From assembly GCF_009914755.1 (NCBI RefSeq), contig NC_060931.1: a DNA stretch of 64,000 nucleotides; one strand, written 5' to 3'. A program made the translations under genes and the position numbers. This stretch comes from the human T2T-CHM13v2.0 reference genome, Homo sapiens. The notes under the pieces are model-generated. The model ran no database searches. It had not been told where the DNA came from and saw only the letters and a program-made list of their open reading frames with translations. This document shows positions 40,681 through 54,509 of this stretch, one piece after another. Within the stretch, counting starts at the first letter, position 1. The number at the start of each line of letters is the position of its first letter.

Positions 40681-43600
40681 ATTGCCTCTAAGATCCTCTT
40701 AGCTGTCCCTTTGTGATGAATAATCACTTCTTTGCTCAAGGAAGAACTAGGCCTTCAAAGGTTGCTGTCATTTTATATAAATGTTGACTGAAGGTGTGCA
40801 CAACCTGACCTGGAAATACAAGAAGTATGTCATTGACATATCTTTATGATATTCAAGCAGGTTACCTTTTTTCTACCAATAATAATTGAAATAAATTAAA
40901 GAGAGTACAGATTAAACATATGTTTTCAATTGATGGTGGGAATGTAAAGAGGCTCTTAATGAATTTGTTAACGGCTGTTTCCATTTTGCTCAATGCTCGG
41001 TTATCAATGCCAATGAGTTTTGGACTTTGATCATAATAACATTTACCTGTTTCTTTAAAAGCTGTTTTTTTTTTCATACTGAAGGTTACCCTAGTTGCAT
41101 AGTGCACTTTTGCCAGCCTGATGACGCTTCTGAATGCCTCCAGACCAGTGCTCCCTAAGAATCTGTAAACTATTCTTTTCATGCCAGCTGTTGTGCTCCT
41201 TTTATTCCCCCAATTTGCATATGGTGCTTTACTGAACAAGAGAGTTTTTCTTTCGGTTTCACCCAATGCAGGTGTGCAGTCATTCTGTGAGAGCTTTTGT
41301 AATCGGCTATGTAAATTATCTCTCAGGTCCAAGGGCCAAAAATATAGTTTTTCATAAAGACAATAAAAAACCACAATATTTATATTTTATTTTTTTTCAG
41401 TCTTCTGAGAAAATCTTTCTGCCAGTAGCAACATCACAAACGGCATCAGTCATTGTGGGAAGAGTTGGCAATTATTTTTCTAGCTGGTGTAGGTTCGTAG
41501 AAAACAAAAATTTTCAAAAACCATAAATACGTAATAAAATGTATTGGCTTACTTTGCTTTCTGGAAAAGCCCACCAAAATTTCTTTTTTGTATTTACTTT
41601 TAAAATCTTCCCAGATACTTAAGAATTCCTGGACTCTATATCCTCTCAGCCACTGTTTTTTATTTTCTCCTGCAGTCATTTTCTATAATATGCACTTATC
41701 TCAGACTCAGAACACCAAACTGAAATAGGTGGAAAATTTTTCTTTTTTCCTCAGTTATATTTATGTGTACGGATGCTAATTGGGGTAAAATGAAGGTACT
41801 GTGAATCTTCAGACATTATAGAAGATCTGGGCTTGTCAAAATTTAAGTGCCCTTAACCTTTATTAAGTATTGTAACCAGAAGTCCTACAGATATATAAAA
41901 GGTCAAATATTTATCATGTGTACAAATCTGACCCCAATAATAATAGATTATTTATCCTACAGCTCTTTTAAAATGTCAAAACTCATATCACATCTCATAT
42001 AAAGAAAATATGTGATTTTCATGAAAACTAATTTCATTAATTATTCAGATGTCACTAGCCACCAAATTTAAGATGATTTTGGACTTAATTCCTTCTCAAT
42101 AAACATAAAATAAGTTAAACTTTTATTGATATGAACTATTGCTTTACTCCAAATTTTCACAGTCCTTAAATAAAAATATAAAGCAGGAACTCAGACATTT
42201 TCACCAAATGGCTCCTTTCACCCTTAAGCTTTGTTCAAAGTTTTGGCCAATTCTATGAAAGCCCCAAAAAATAAAAAATAAAAACTTTCTCTGCTCTGTC
42301 CTTAAAAACTTAGTTTCCAAGTTAAAGTTTATAATCACGTTAAAGTCACTTGACTTTTAATGTTTACATTTTATAGAAAGAAAAAGGAGTATTTGAGTTG
42401 GCTTCTAGTAGGTTCCAAATGAGGCAGAGTAGAGCCTTAAATTTCTTGTAATGATCAGAAGGCAATGCATCCTTTTTATTATGTGGTAATCTGTTGGCTG
42501 AGTTCAGATTGCCAACCTCTCTGTACCCTGCTTTGGTTGACTAGTTGGCTCACTCCTCTGGATGTTACATAATAGCCTGTGCTGGTAGAGAAGGGGACTC
42601 AGACACCAACTTTAGGCTCAGACTGACTTGAGAGAGCCATAGTCTCAATTGGCTTTGCAGAAAAAAAGTCATGTTGTACCATAGACATGAGCAGTTTTTC
42701 TAAATTCTGTCATTTTAAATATGTCTTCTGGTCACTTCTCTTAGTTCTCTATTGATCAGGCCACTGGAGAAACATAAGGATTTTTACAAAGTGTTTGTCT
42801 TTCCAGGAGACCGCATTCCGGATATGAAAGTATCTAATCCCCACACACTTTCCTAAAGATGGTGCTAAGTCATCTTCCCTCACTCATTCTTGCTGGAGCT
42901 CACTCCCATGTTCCTTTTGTAGGTGGCATCTATTTCTTATCCACTGTAAATTGTGCCAACCTGCTTTCTTCAGCAGATTGTTGGTGCTAAATAAATGGTG
43001 TGATTTGTAGTAATAATGGTGATGATAATGACTCTTAAAACACCTAACTAATCCCAGTGAACTCTCAGTGATGTTTAGGCTGTGGAACACATGGTTGACT
43101 AACAGTGATAATGACTGAAAACGAGGTGATAAATTGCTATGCAGATTGTTGATGGCCTATAATTGCCTTAAAAGGGGGATATTTTATAACAGACTAATCC
43201 CATTTAAATAAATGTGTGTGTAGCATTTTAGATATATAGGACTGTATCTGTATTTTTTAATAATAACCAGCTCCCTAAAATACAAGATGCAAAACAACTT
43301 AGATAAACACTCCTTAGGTCAAGGGCCATGGGAGGTAAGAATTAAGGTTGTGTTTGCTCTTTCTTGAGTGTTGCATTGTTCCTGGGTCGGTAAGCATAAC
43401 TTTAGAGACTCCACCAATATAAACACGAAACTACCTAGTTATGAGCCTGTGTTTACACAGTCCGGATCAAAAGCACAGACACTCAGGTTCATTTGCATTT
43501 GCTGCCAAAAATGTCCTAATTCTTCTTTTGAAAAGGAGCAATAATTCATATTTTGATGCCATTTACTCCCAAGGTTAATTTATATTTACAAATTTTATAA

Positions 43601-44619
43601 CAGGCCTCATGTTCTTTACCATGTTGCCAGCACTTTCTTTTCTTTTGAGTTGCATTGTTCTTTTCTAAGGAACTGATTGTGTGGCAGATCGTCGGATCAT
43701 TGCAGGGAGCACAGATGAAAAGCCTGTTATTCCAAAGGATTAAATTGCAATTCTTAGTGAACCATTGCCAAGCGATTTTTTTTTTTTTTTTTTTTTTTTT
43801 ACAAACCCGAGGAGGATTGGAAATAGGAAATGTTATGCCTTGAAAAGGGGTGGGAATGGTTGAATGGATGAGGAAGAACAATCATCCTAGTAAGTGTTAT
43901 TAAATTCTCTTCAAGTAAAATCATGGAGCAAATAAATGATAAAATCTGTAAAATATCCAAATGGTCAGGAATAATAAGTAACTGAGTTTGTAAAGAAGTA
44001 ATAATATCATGGGATAGATTTTGATTGAATCTATCCCATGATTCAGTAAAAATTTACTCCTGATTTTTATTGAATGTAGCATGTAGCATTAATACACAAA
44101 AATAATTAAAATTCCAGCTTTACTTTAGCATTTTCAGGGTTCAAGGACTATGGGGGCAGAGGACCTAAGATTTGCAAATCACTTCAATACGACCTCTTTG
44201 GGGAAGGATAGAATGTAGTAGGAAAAAAACAATGAAAGGGAATCTCTATCTTGGAGCATGATAACTGAGCACATTCCCCAAAATCTGACCTGAAATTAGG
44301 AAGAGAAATTAGTTCCGTTTGAGGTTCTAAACACCAGGAAAGTTTCATATAACCTGAGAGGGGACAGGATAAGTAAATTTTGGAAAGAAAACACCATAAA
44401 GAAGAGATGTTTCAAAATTCAATTCTGAAATATGTTAATGAACTCAGAGGAAGATAAAGGATTTAAATGCCCAATGTAATGGAGAAATTAGAGTAAGGAG
44501 GAAAGAAACTGACAATTTACCGTGTGCTCTTTGCAACAGGCAGCCTACAGGATGCCATTGTGGTTTCTGTTTGTGTATTACTCTGAGAATCAAGAACAAA
44601 CTCCACATGAAATGCTGTA

Positions 44620-45370
44620 ATAAAGAGTTGAAAAATATGCACTGAAAGTATACCATGTTTCAGGCACATATCAAGCATGATGGTACATGCTTGGGATTAA
44701 AAAGATGGATGAGATACAATACCTGCACTCTAAAAGTTCATAGTATTTGGGAGAAAAGAGAGACATACAAGAGGATGATTGCAGTCAAAACATTGGAGCA
44801 GATGCTACAAGGATATGTAATACAAATGAAGTTCAAGAATCACAACTTGCTTTGCCTGGGAAAATCAATAAATGCATTGAAAAAGGGGTAGTGTTTGAGT
44901 TGGGTCCTGGAGGATAAGTAGTTCTTCAGGCACAAAGAAGACAGATGCAAAGGATAAGGTGCATGCAGTGTGATAAGTTCAGAGTTCCCTGGGTTGAAGG
45001 AGTCAGCAGGAGAGGAGTTTGGAGGTTGGTGGGGTTAGGCTATTGAGGGCCTTTTGTAGTTGCTGAGGGGTTTAACTTTAACCAGTTAGGTGCAAGACAG
45101 TGTTACCAGCTTTAAAACAAGGGAATGATCCAATCAAATGTGTGTCTCAGAACAGAAGCTCTGGCAGGGAGGGATAGGATGAGGCTGAAGTCTGCAGGTA
45201 GCAGTCAGGAGGCAGTTGCAGCAGGGACAAAGGGGAGATGAGAGATCAGATTCCATAGATAGTTTGGAGATGATATGAGTAGATCTTTGGGAGATATTAA
45301 ATGTTAGGAGTGAGGAAAAGGAAAAGTTGAAGGGGTTTGCAGCTCCTAAGGTTGTGATACCACTAACTGA
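44620..45370 (-). mobile_element. L2 fragment
   Basis: tttgagttgggtcctggagga...gagggcctt...aggaggcagttgcag...gtgataccactaactga. Confidence 0.6.
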
Positions 45371-45624
45371 AATAAAGAACACTGCAAAAGGAATACATCA
45401 TTTATGTCTACAGCAGGGCAGTATGGGGGGTGGCATGCAGGGAAGGCTAGCAGATAGGTTGTTAAAATCCTGCCTGTGTAGTGGAGAAGACTACAGCTTG
45501 GAGAGAACCAACCAGAACAGTGTTCTTACCCTGCCCCACCCTATTGTGTCCCTGAGGAGAATCATGGGTCAAGAAACATTTGATTGGAATTTTGCTAATT
45601 TTTTATCTATTAAAAATGCTATTT

Positions 45625-45913
45625 ATTTTTATTGATTTATTTATTTGTTTTTTTGAGATGGAGTTTCGCTCTCGTTGCCCACCCAGGCTGGAGTACAATG
45701 GTGTGATCTCGGCTCACCACAACCTCAGCCTCCTGAGTAGCTGGAGTTACAGGCATGCACCACCACACCACGCCTGGCTGATTTTGTATTTTTAGTAGAG
45801 ATGGGGTTTCTCCATGTTGATCAGGCTGGTCTCAAACTCCTGACCTCAGGTGATCCGCCCACCTCAGTCTCCCAAAGTGCTGGGATTATAGGCATGGGCC
45901 ACTGCACCTGGCC
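45625..45913 (-). mobile_element. AluSp with an internal deletion
   Basis: TSD aaaatgctattt; junction aacctc|agcctcc. Confidence 0.92.
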
Positions 45914-46291
45914 ACAAAATGCTATTTTTAAAACAGGCACATTCAAGCCTGCCATGTACTGAATATTATTACAATAGAGACCAACAACATGCCAACTCGT
46001 CTCAGACTAACCTAGAATGTGGCTCTCAGAACAAATGAAGTTCCCTCTCATTACTTATAAATGGAATAGTGTCCTGATATTACAAGGCAACTTGTTTAAA
46101 AACTCATATTTTTACCATTTCCAACAGCTTATTTTTGTTGTCAAGAAAATCTCAATACTATGCAACTAGTAAGAAATCACAGAAATATCAAAACAGTCTT
46201 ACTTTTCCAATTCATTGATATGCATAAATATGATAAATTTAAACTAATGAAATGTTTATGAAATATTCTTATTTATTTCTCATAGTCTATC

Positions 46292-46676
46292 TGATATATT
46301 AATAGTTTGGATATTTGTTGCTGCCCAAATCTCATGTTGAAATATAATCCCCAATGTTGGAGGTGGGGCCTGGTGGGAGCTGTTTGGGTCATGGGGGCAC
46401 ATCCCTCATGGCTTGGTGCTGTCTGCGTGGTAGTGAGTGTGTTCTTTCTGGGCCCATTCCCTCTCTGCTCCTGCTTTCACCATGTGACATGCCTGCTCCC
46501 AATTTGCCTTCTGCTTTGAGTAAAAGCTCCCTGAGGCCCCCCTCAGAAGCCAGGCAGGTGCCATCACAATGCCTCCTGTACAGTTTGCAGAATCATGAGC
46601 TAATTACGTCTCTTTTCTTTATAAATAACCCCGCCTCCGGTATTTCTTTATTTCAACACGAGAACGGCCTTACACA
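46292..46676 (+). mobile_element. MSTA/MSTB MaLR solo LTR
   Basis: cccaaatctcatgttgaaat...ggaggtggggcctggtgggag; TSD ctatc/ccatc. Confidence 0.9.
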
Positions 46677-48059
46677 CCATCGTATATGGATTGTGATTAT
46701 TCATAAGATTTCTTTGGGTTCTACTTCTTAAAAAGTTTTAAAAACACTGAATATAAAGTATATATTACATTTATTTCTCCTGAAATTTATTTCTCAGATT
46801 GTTAATCAGGTCTTCAATTTTTGGACTCATTTAAAATTCTAAAATTGTTCTTTTGCTCTTTTCACACACATATCCATATTCTTCTTCTGGCTCCCCACTT
46901 CTCCTTCTGAGCTTGGGATTTATGCAAGACAATAACGGGAACAATCTGATATGGCAGCATAATAACCAACCAAAATATGTCTTTTCTGTTTTTCATTTTG
47001 CTTGATCATGACAACATCAAAATGCAAGAATGGGTGAACTGTTTTGAAGTCTAGGTTTTGAAAACACTTGTTTGCTGGTGTGGATGTGTGTGCATTTTTA
47101 TATTTAACATTAATAGCAGCTTTCTCTGTCATTTTTACACTTTCGTTTCAAAAACAGTGGCCTGGACAGATCCTGGCAAAATACATTACGTGGTTATGGT
47201 AGCAGCTAAAATGTTTGTGGAAGAATAAAAATGTACATTAATACAATTTACACTTATTTTATTAGTTTATGTAATCTTATATGAGCAAGAATCAACTCTT
47301 CTGTTGTATATAACTTTTTAATATGTTATTTGAACTTCATCAACAGCTTCTTGATTGGGTCTCAAGCATTAATCAGGCCCCTCACAAGTACTATGCGAGG
47401 CTTAAACATCTTGCATCCATCATAAAGAATAAGTAGGACCATAATGACTAATCACATTAGCATAATTTAAAAATGCAGAGCGTGAATAGCTTTTTTCCCC
47501 AAGATTTGTAGTAAAAACATATGCACAATAAGACTGAAATGATTCATTACACCATTGACTTGTTTATATTATAACATATTTATGTGCCCGGCAGAATGAA
47601 ACCATAAAACTGCCATTAATGAGTACAGGAAAGAGGTTCTGTTTTTAACTAAATTACATGAATTCATAATGAATACATTTTAAAAAAATTATTTTAAGGA
47701 AGGGATCTTGCTATCATGTTGTGTCCTTTTGGGACATTACAAAACCCATTCTCATCATAGATCTTTTTTGTCATCTACACTTTGCACTTTTCACTTAGGC
47801 TATAAGTAAATTTAGCAATTTATGAACAAGTTTCTGCCCTTAAAGCCAAACAATAAGTTGCAGGTGGAGTCACTTCGTATTGCAGAAGCAAACAGCTAAA
47901 GGAAAATGTATTCTTAGGGGAAAAAACAAGAACAAAAACACCTTTTTCTTTGTAGCCACTTACAAATAAAAAAAATCTTGCCACCCCAATGGATATGAGT
48001 TCACTGGTCCCCTCTCGGAACTTTGGGATGTCTGCTTTAGGATTGAATTTGTCTGCTAA

Positions 48060-48907
48060 ATACTATTTATTGAGTGTCAGGCACTGAGCAAGATGCTTCA
48101 GAGACAACAATGAAAAATGACAAACATAGTAGTGACTTAATTGCCATTGCCTTACCATCTGGTAAGAAAAGCAGAAAGAGAAACAGACATTTAAATTATA
48201 GTATAAAGATTTTATCATGGAAGAACAAGCAAGGCGTCCAGGTGCAAGGACAGTGTTGATACCTGAAGGTAAGCAGGAGTTTGCCATGTGAAAGGGCATG
48301 AGGGTTAAACAGAATTATTCCAGGCAGAGGGTAGTATTCTATGTGGAATGTTTAGGGAACCGAGAATAGTCATTATCAAATAATTGTTGAATACATGTTG
48401 ACTGCATATAGCTAAACCATAAATCCCAAGAAAAAATATAGCAAGAGATGAAGCTAGACAGTATTCAGGGGTCCAGATTTATTCACTTAACCATATTCAG
48501 GAGCTAGGGAAATATCAGTGTGCAAGATAGACATGGTATTTTCTCTCAGGGAGCTTATTGTTTAGTTGGGGAAACAGATAAAAATAATCACAATAATAAT
48601 GTCAAATTGTAATGAATGCAATGAAGAAAACAAACAAGTTGCTAAGAGACAATAACAAGAACTTACTTTAAATGGGATCAGGATGATACCTCTGAGGAGG
48701 TGAGATTTGAAGAATGAGAAGGAGTCAGATCATGAAAGTCTGGGGAACCTTATTAAGGAGCTATGGCTTTATCTTGAGAGTTACGCATGTTTAAAGATTT
48801 TAAATAGGGGAAAGATGTCATCAATTTGCATTTTAGACAAATCACCCTGGCTGCTATGCAGAGTCTGGAGATGAATAAGTCAGGAGGTAGGGAAACAAGT
48901 TGGATGG
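48060..48907 (-). mobile_element. L2 fragments
   Basis: tatttattgagtgtcaggcactg; ctctcagggagcttattgtttagttgggg; tttgcattttagacaaatcaccctggctgct. Confidence 0.7.
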
Positions 48908-49326
48908 TGTATTTGTCTGTTTCATTGCTATAAACGAATGCCTGAGACTGGGTAATTAATAAAGAAACGAGGTTTATTTGGCTCACAGTTCTGCAGGCTA
49001 TACAGGCATGGTGCCAGCATCTGTTCAGCTTCTTGTGAAGCCACAGGAAGCTTACAATCATGGTGGAAGGCAAGGGGGAAGCCGGCATATCACATAGTGA
49101 GAGACGGAGCAAGAGAGAGAAGGAGGAGGTGCTAGGCTCTTTTAAACAGCCAAATCCCGTGTGAACTCATAGAGTGAGAACTCACCTGTTATGGTGAGGA
49201 CAGCATAAAGCCATTCATAAGGGATCTACTCCCATGACCCAAACACCTTTCACTACACCCACCTTCAACATTGGAGATCACATTTCAGCATGAGATTTGG
49301 GGGGGACAAACATCCAAACTATATCA
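48908..49326 (-). mobile_element. MSTB-type MaLR solo LTR
   Basis: tgtatt...gcctgagactgggtaatt...ggctcacagttctgcaggct...catccaaactatatca; TSD gatgg/gatag. Confidence 0.92.
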
Positions 49327-49639
49327 GATAGCTTTTCCAGGAATCTGGGTGAAAGATAATTTCCTAGTGCTAGAATATTTTAGTCACTGTGGTATTAGGC
49401 AGGGATAATATTAAAATACTTAGCTATTTTGGCATAAACATTGATCCATCAGAATGGATGCAAGCCTTAGCACTAGAGCAGAGTCTTCAGGCGTCTGCTA
49501 GACCAGGCTGGATGGGGCACGTGGACCCCAGAGGTGGAGCCAGCACAACAGGAGCTTAGGCCAGCAGTTCTTTAAAACAAATATGGACATATTTCAGTAT
49601 TTTAGCAACAGATGCTGCTATACCAGCCTAAGAATTAGG

Positions 49640-50430
49640 TATAGAGAGCCAGGGAAATATCCAGGAGATGATTAGGAAACAGAAGGCTTACGTTTTGGTA
49701 ATGCGAAAGAATGCCAAAGGGAGGAGTTAATGATTAGGCTCTGGTTTCTGCTTGGGAAACCAGGTAAACTCATGTATGTATTTATTCAATCATATTTGCT
49801 CAGCACTTTACATTTAAGACATCTATCTGAGAGACTTGCAATATCAAGTGGGCAATTGGATATATGAATAAGGAAATGGGGGAATGATCTGGGCTGAAAA
49901 AGTAAATTTGTGAGTTTCCAGCATAAAGATATCATTTAAAGCTATAGAGTAGATGAAGTCCCCTAGGGAGAGAAGCAATAGAACCCAGGACAGAGTCCTG
50001 AGCAACTCCATCATGTAGTTTGTGAAGAGGAGAAGGAGCCTTTGATGATTGACAAGTATTCCTGCTGAAGGAAGGAAATCAGTCTTGAAAGGTTTCAGAA
50101 GATGAGTGGAGAGTATTTCCAGAAGGAGGAGTGAGTGGCTGGCTGTGTTGAAAGCTGTGTAGAGATTGAGTAAGAAAGAGAAGACTGGAGTCTCTGAGGG
50201 ATTTAGCAACATGGAGATCGTCGGTGACCTTGATAAGGACAATTTTAGTAGGTGGTGAGCGCAGAGGTCGGACTATCTAGAGTTGAAGGTAAATGAGCAG
50301 TGGAGAAAGAGAGCTGGTGAGTACAAAACAACTTTTTGCGGTGATGTGGGCTTCTTTGATTTTTATTTAGGGGAGGGACTTGAGCAAGTTTAATTGCAAG
50401 TGGGGGAGCCATTGAGGTATTTCGATAGAT
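49640..50430 (-). mobile_element. L2 fragment
   Basis: caagtgggcaattggatata...ggatttagcaacatggagatcgtcggtgaccttgataag. Confidence 0.75.
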
Positions 50431-50444
50431 TCTAGGGGTGTACA

Positions 50445-50631
50445 AACTAGAGCTCCTGTCTATTTTTGTAAGGAAAATTAGAAGACAGCCACCCTCATTC
50501 AATTATGTATTGTTTATGACTGCTTTTGTGCTACAAGGGCATAGTTTAATAGTTGTGATAGAGACCTATGGCCCACAAAACAAAAATGTTTACTCTCTGG
50601 CTCTTTATAAAAAAAAGATCGCCAATCTCTG
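50445..50631. mobile_element. MER58-like MITE fragment
   Basis: tgcttttgtgctacaa...aatagttgtgatagagacc...tttactctctggctcttt. Confidence 0.6.
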
Positions 50632-51483
50632 GATTAAGCTAAAATATTACGTGCCCTTGCCCATTTAATTTCCCCCAGGAAACCCAAATAAGTACATATG
50701 TATATAAATGCATGCATAAGCACATAAACCAAATAAAGAATTTGTTTCCCAAGGCAAAAGTGCGATGGAAATTCTCTCTAGTCAGTTTACCAATTTATCA
50801 ACAAAAAAGAGAAAAAGACTTTGCTCTTCTGTCGATAATACACTTATAGCTGTTGTTGACAATAGAAATTAGCCTATTGTAGTCACCACTACATACCCAG
50901 TACCTGGTGCTGAGCCTGACACATGGTAGGTGTCCAATACATATTGTTTGAATCAAGGAAGGAAAGGTACCAGGTGCTGTACTACATGATTGCTTGGAGC
51001 AAGAAGCAGAGGATCTTTCCTAGATTTGGGTAGATAGCGGAGAATTCCCAAGGTAAATGAGCTTATATGGAGCTATCCCAGTGAGGTTTGTGGAACCTGG
51101 AATAAATCACATTCCTTTAGAATTAATTTGAGAGGTGAATGGGGGAATGGGTTGGGGAGATGAAGTCAAAGCTCATGTCAAGAGTAAGCTCAATATGGAA
51201 ACAAAGTCACAAAGAGGCAGTGTGTAGCTTGGCTGCAAGAAAGGGCCATCCCTGCAGCTCTTTATTTGTTGCGGTGAAACAGCAAATAGAGATGAGCCAA
51301 ATTTATGTATAGTCCAAGCCAACTTATCCCTCAGGAGTGGGACCAGGAGTTGGTCTGTTAAAAAGTAGGTTAAAGCAACAAGTCAAAAAATGCGATTTTC
51401 CACAAACATTTTAACTGAAAAAAAAAAAAAGTATATGTCATCAATTTTCCAATCCTTTGACATAGGGGCAAGGCCTTTTCTTT

Positions 51484-51800
51484 TCTTTCTTTCTTTTTTT
51501 TTTTTTTTTAATTGAGACAGGGACAGGGTCTCACTCTGTCACCCAGGCTGGAGTGCAGTGGTGTGATCATAGTTCTCTGCAGCCTTGACCTCCAGGGCTC
51601 AAGCGACCCTCCCACTTAGCCCCCCAAGTAGCTGGGACTACAGGCACATGCCACCACATCTGACTAATTTTTAAAATTTTTTGTAGAGATGAGGCTCATT
51701 ATATTACCCAGACTGGCCTCAAACTCCTGGGATTAAGTGATTCTCTTGCTTCAGCCTCCCAAAGTGCTGGAATTACAGGCCTGAGTAACCAGACCTGGCC
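51484..51800 (-). mobile_element. AluJ
   Basis: 16-bp TSD gcaaggccttttcttt at 51468-83 and 51802-17. Confidence 0.94.
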
Positions 51801-53044
51801 AGCAAGGCCTTTTCTTTGAGCACAGGACATCACAGAACATCACTCTTGAATAAAGCACAACTCCTACATATTAACTAAGATTTAAAGTATGGATTTCTTT
51901 AAAGGAGAGTGAGAGCTTATAGAGAAATGGGAAGAAATCTGAGCACAGCATCCTTCTAGATTTTTTTCCACAATCTTTTTGCAGCTGTATTACTCACACT
52001 TTGTGATGCTTTCAACTTGTTTTCATAGAAACAGCTCTTTTGCCTTCACATTTTATTGATTTATATAATATTTAATGAAATCACATCATTATTATAATAA
52101 AATACAACTATCATAAACAGATTTAGGAAATAAGAACTGCTTCTCAGGGAGCACATAATTCCTATCAGAGAGTAGCCTGCTAATTTTGTTCTGTGTTGGG
52201 GAGCATTATGATACAAAGGGAATAGAGACTCACTGATTCTGGTGAGTCCAGGAAGGGAAAGCAGGTTAAGACTGTTGTCGGCAAGGGTGGTACAAGCACG
52301 TTACAGGCAACAGCTGGTGCTCCTTGAGTCACTGACAAGCTGCCAGAACAGCTAGGTCCCCTGAATATTGACCTGGGGCAGCTGTACCAAGTCATCCCAC
52401 TCTAGGGACCTTGGAGTATTGTGTGTTGGAAAGCATGTATTAAGCACTTGCTGTAGCTGCTTCTGGAATACAGTATGTGGAATAATAGCTGAATCCTCCT
52501 AACAATGCAACTTTCAGAGAATTGCAACTGATGAGAAACCAGCCTTGCTTATCCTGTAGCAGATTTAGCTTTGGAAAGTATACTTAAAATTCTCCAACTG
52601 CTAGATCTAGACAGAGACGGTAAAATCTCAGTAAACTTATTCTGGCAGCTTGTTACATGGTAACTAACAAAGAACACCCAAAATAGTGGGCAGAAATCAC
52701 TGAACAATGTAAAAATCAGAGTAGTGGTTAATGTATTACCATGAACTGAGACTGGGGAACCCTCTGTTCTCCATCAAATGCCTACCCAGCTTTCTAACTT
52801 ATTTTGAGCTAAATTTGGGCTGATAAAAATGATTCTATTCTCTACTACCAATATTTTGGAAAATTATTTCCAATAATGTGGAAACGACAGAAATAAGATT
52901 GCCCTGTAAAATCAAGACTAGCATTGATGAAAAATAGGTATTCAGCATCTTAAGAAACAGAATATTTCCAATTTAAGAACATTTACAATATTAAATATTC
53001 TATATTGAGATATTTAATGGTAGAAGTTGAAGAAGACTAAAAAG

Positions 53045-53190
53045 TTCAGATACCTTCTTTGACAGATGTGGATATCAAGACCCAGAAAGGTTACATGATT
53101 TAGTCAAGGACCCATAGCCAGTTATGAGCTAATCCAGTTACAACCCAAGTCTCTCAGGTCCTAGTCTAACGTTTTCTCATTATAACACCC
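53045..53190 (-). mobile_element. MIR fragment
   Basis: tttgacagatgtggatatcaagacccagaaaggttacatgatttagtcaagg. Confidence 0.65.
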
Positions 53191-53224
53191 TCCTTCTACA
53201 TGAAATCTTCTGATAAGTTGGCGT

Positions 53225-53607
53225 CCTTAGTGACCTGGCTACTGTAGCTGAGTCATAAATTACCCCATAACTCAATGATGTAACACAACCATTTAGTATG
53301 CTCACTGAGTCTGTGCATTACAGATTTCGCACAGGGCACTGTAGCGCTGGCTTGGCCCTGGTCTTCGCTCCAAGGCTGAGGGCTGGGATTATTTGAAGGC
53401 TCATTCACATGTCTGCTAGTTGACCCATCTTGGAAGTCACACAGCATGACTTCCACTCTATTCCTTTTTTGTTGAGGCAATCATAAAGGTCCACCCTAGT
53501 ACAAGGGGATAGACGCCACTTCTTGATGGGAAGTAGCAAGATCCTCGAAGAGCATGTGAGACCAGAAATATTGCTGTGACTACTTTTGGAAATTACAATT
53601 TGCTACA
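53225..53607 (-). mobile_element. MLT1F/G-type MaLR LTR
   Basis: aaattacccc...tgctcactgagtctgtg...ggaagtcacacagcatgacttccac...tttggaaattacaatttgctaca. Confidence 0.75.
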
Positions 53608-54249
53608 ATTAGGAATTAAAAGAATTCTTTGCAAGAAGAAAACTAGCGGGAGAAAAGAGGCAGAAGAACAATAACAAATCATACCTGCAGGCTGAGTGTA
53701 CCTACTCCCATTTCTCTCCCTCTGGGGAACTTCGCAATCTGTGCTTACTGCAAATTGAATAGGAATAAAGCATTTTAACTCAACATGATTGAAGCTTTTA
53801 TTTCATTTAACTGTCTAGTTTGGTGTGTTGGAAAGTATGTTTATAAGATATATCCCTAGCATAAAAGCCTTCACAATGAGGAAAAAGGGAGAAATTATTT
53901 TAATTGAAGAAATTATTTTTTTAAATAGCTTATATACTAGACTATAAAGAAAACATCAATAAATCTCTTAAAATATGAAGTGCACAGACATATTCTCTGA
54001 CCACAGAATAATAAAACTACAAATAAAAGTACAAATCAGAACAAAACATTTCAACAAAAATTTCCCACCCACTTGAAAATAAAAAAATATACTTCTCCAT
54101 ATCTCTTGGGCATAAAGAGGGAAATATGATTGCAGTTACAGAATATATAGAAAATAAGAATGAGGACACTACAAAAGTCATGGGATGTGACACAAGTTAG
54201 ATTTAAGTGGCATGTAAACCAGTGAGGAATGAATAAATGACAACACCAG

Positions 54250-54430
54250 CAGCAGCAATGGCTGACACTTCATGTGTTGGACACTTGGAGCTTTACACGT
54301 ATAAATTCAGTTACTCCACACAACAACCTATAGGTAGACACTATTATGTTCATTCTCATTTTCCTCTGAGGAGGAAATTGATGTACAGAAGGAATGAGTG
54401 ATTGGAGCAACACTGTGCAACTAGCCCCTA
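54250..54430 (-). mobile_element. MIR
   Basis: ctttacacgtataaattcagttactccacacaacaacctataggtag. Confidence 0.65.
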
Positions 54431-54509
54431 TCATATGCCAGGCAGTGTCCAGGCACTAAGGTTGCCAAGATGACCCAGGCAGGCAAAGTCCATGCTCTTT
54501 GACAGCTCC

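Noticed and set aside
40862-41374. 170-aa minus-strand ORF in unique sequence
   Set aside because: GTG start, no recognisable domain, and composition like random AT-rich DNA; would need PhyloCSF or Ribo-seq support.
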